Shown piece by piece: positions 61,829-64,000 of a stretch of 64,000 nucleotides of DNA. The notes under the pieces were generated by a model. The model ran no database searches. It was not told where the DNA came from and saw only the letters and a list, made by a program, of their open reading frames with translations. Numbering within the stretch: position 1 is the first letter of the stretch; each line of letters begins with the position of its first letter. The position numbers were made by a program, and so were the translations under genes. The stretch is from Paraspadella gotoi. Taxonomy: Eukaryota; Animalia; Chaetognatha. Where the stretch lies: the NCBI GenBank assembly GCA_051294375.1, contig CM119270.1:9425530-9489529 (forward strand), given 5' to 3'.

Positions 61829-64000
61829 TTCTCTTTCTCACGTGGGCGCCTGGCTCGTTCAGCCATGAGGCGGCCGATGAGCTTCAGTCTTCGATCGACG
61901 AGATTTCGAAAAAAAAATGTAAAAAAAATAGTTTTTTTCTTTTCGAATTTCGAATTCAAAGCTAAATTAAAAAAAAAGAAAAAGTCAGATCCCTGAGAGA
62001 AGACAAAAAAAACATTACTTTTAAATGTTTACTCGTAATTTATTGGCCTTTTTAATTCAACGGTATTTTAAAATCTCTCTCTCTTCGGCATACCTAAGCC
62101 GTTTTTTTTTACTCATTTGATAATACTAAACTTTTGGATGATTTTTCTTAAAACATATTTTTTCTTGTGCATTTGTTCGTCGTCTCTACAGTAGCTCACT
62201 GCCGTCGACTGTTCACGCGTTTTTCTTAAAGAACGTTCGACCGACAGCGTTGCCCTTTTTTTCGTCCTCTCTCTCTTCGCGCACGCGCGAATCACGTGTT
62301 CTTGATTTTTCTTTTTCCTCGATTTTTTACTAAGCGCGTTTTTTTTCTGCGTGCAATGGCGTGTTTTCTCGCATAACCGCGTACTCGCATGCTCGCATGT
62401 GCAATCGTTTGATTTCTTTCTTGCGTGTACAATAACGTTCAGTCTTTATGGCACGCGCCATTACGTTCGTGCGCTTCTCCTTTTTTTCTTCAATTTTGAT
62501 CGTAACTAAACTCATTAAGAATTCAATTAAGATTAATAATTGTGTCTTTTTTTTCTTTTTTTACTTTATTTTCTTTTCCGTCACCTCGACCTCATTTTTT
62601 CCGCTTCGAATGCGAATATCGCGTGCGACATCTGCCAATGTTTGATCGACGACACACAAACTGCAAGGACAAGACATCTGTCACGATTTTTTTCACGTAT
62701 CAAGGCGACTTGACTAACGTTTTCTTTGTACGCATCTGAAGCGCCTGATGCTCGGCTATACTTCACGCCCCCTGCGCCACGAGCGTACGCCACACGGAGC
62801 GCCACTCTTCACCCGACCCTCGTAAACTCCCGTCGCCAAATTTCTTCTCTCGTTCGTCGCAGCTTTTATTACTTTCGGCTTCGGGAAAGGCGGTTGTCAA
62901 GGCGACGGGAGAGAAGCAGGAGAAAAAGTTGTTGTGGAATCACAAGGGGATTTTTCAGTTGTGGAGGGAGAGTTGGGTTGTGGATAAAATATCCACAAAA
63001 AATCGTCCCTTTTTGTCTTCATTTTTTGTCGCCAAGTTTTTGTTCAGAGCCACATGAATATCGATGGTTTCATGATTTAATTTACCAATTATTTATTTTC
63101 CTGTGCATAGCGGACTTTCACTATGACTCGGCTCGTCTCGCAAATTCCGCATCTGTTGACATCTGCTTTCGCTTTGGCCCGCACCATCGCAGCGAATCCC
63201 GCATCTCCTGGCGTCGGCCATCTCACTAATTCAGCATCTCTCAATATTCGCCTCTTTCTCTGCCCCCCATTTCTCTGCCCCCCATTTCTCTGCCCCCCAT
63301 TTCTCTCAATTATTTATCCGCTGTCTTTCTTTCCCTTCGGGATTAAGCATCTCCGGATGTCGGTGCAACGAAATGTTCGCGTTTTCCAGTATCTCCGATA
63401 GATGGCGATAGATTTTTATGTAATTTATAAGTTTGGTCGCGCTTTTTTTGGTTGGTTTGTTTCTTGGAGTCTCTTTTCAAGTTAATTTTTTTGTCTTCGC
63501 TGTTGCATGAGACATCAGTTTTCATTGCAATCCAGAGAAACTCCAGGCGGCTAATGGCACCGAATCTCACCTCAGCAAAGAAATCGTGAAACTGAAAAAA
63601 GACATTTCCCTTTTTTTTATTTTTTTATTTTTTTTTAAATTTTTTTATATCGGTGACAAACGACGTAAATAATTTTTTTTTTGTTTCTGACGGGACCCAC
63701 CGAATTTTCTTTTGGCGGGAAATACGATTTTTTTTCTCGCAGAAAGCGAAGGAAGGAAAAGGGTCAAGGTAAGTGGGAGGGGAGTTGAGTGGAATTCGGT
63801 GGGGGTAAATTGGGGTAAGGAAAAGCTGATTGTGGATATTGGAGGAGGGAACGATCTAAAAGAGAACGTCGGGGGTATATTGTTATGAAATAAAGGAAGA
63901 GCGACGAAAGTGATCGGTGATAAGTGACAGATATGATGGGTTTTTGATCATTATGATGGGGAAAGCGATTGGGCGGTGATCGGAAGAGTGGAAGACGAAT

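Overview
This is AT-rich, repeat-dense eukaryotic (probably invertebrate animal) draft-assembly DNA with several N gaps and no confidently identifiable host gene; most ORFs in the track are microsatellite artefacts. The one clear coding sequence is a decayed Tc1-type transposase (6915-7919, minus strand) with DD35E spacing, one in-frame stop and a hidden pair of compensating frameshifts. The strongest lead is two distinct non-coding LTR families whose LTRs each contain a tRNA-like A-box/B-box cassette. One is a complete TRIM (14461-15380) with PBS, PPT and a 4-bp TSD; a solo LTR of the second family is nested inside it. The window also has three related Penelope-type minimal hammerhead ribozymes, each inside another TE. 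Other contents: several hAT MITEs with 8-bp TSDs, two Helentron-type (HINE/DINE-1-like) elements, several satellites, and a ~13-kb inverted duplication (44877-57770) with a noisy, TTAGGG-like centre that may be an assembly artefact.
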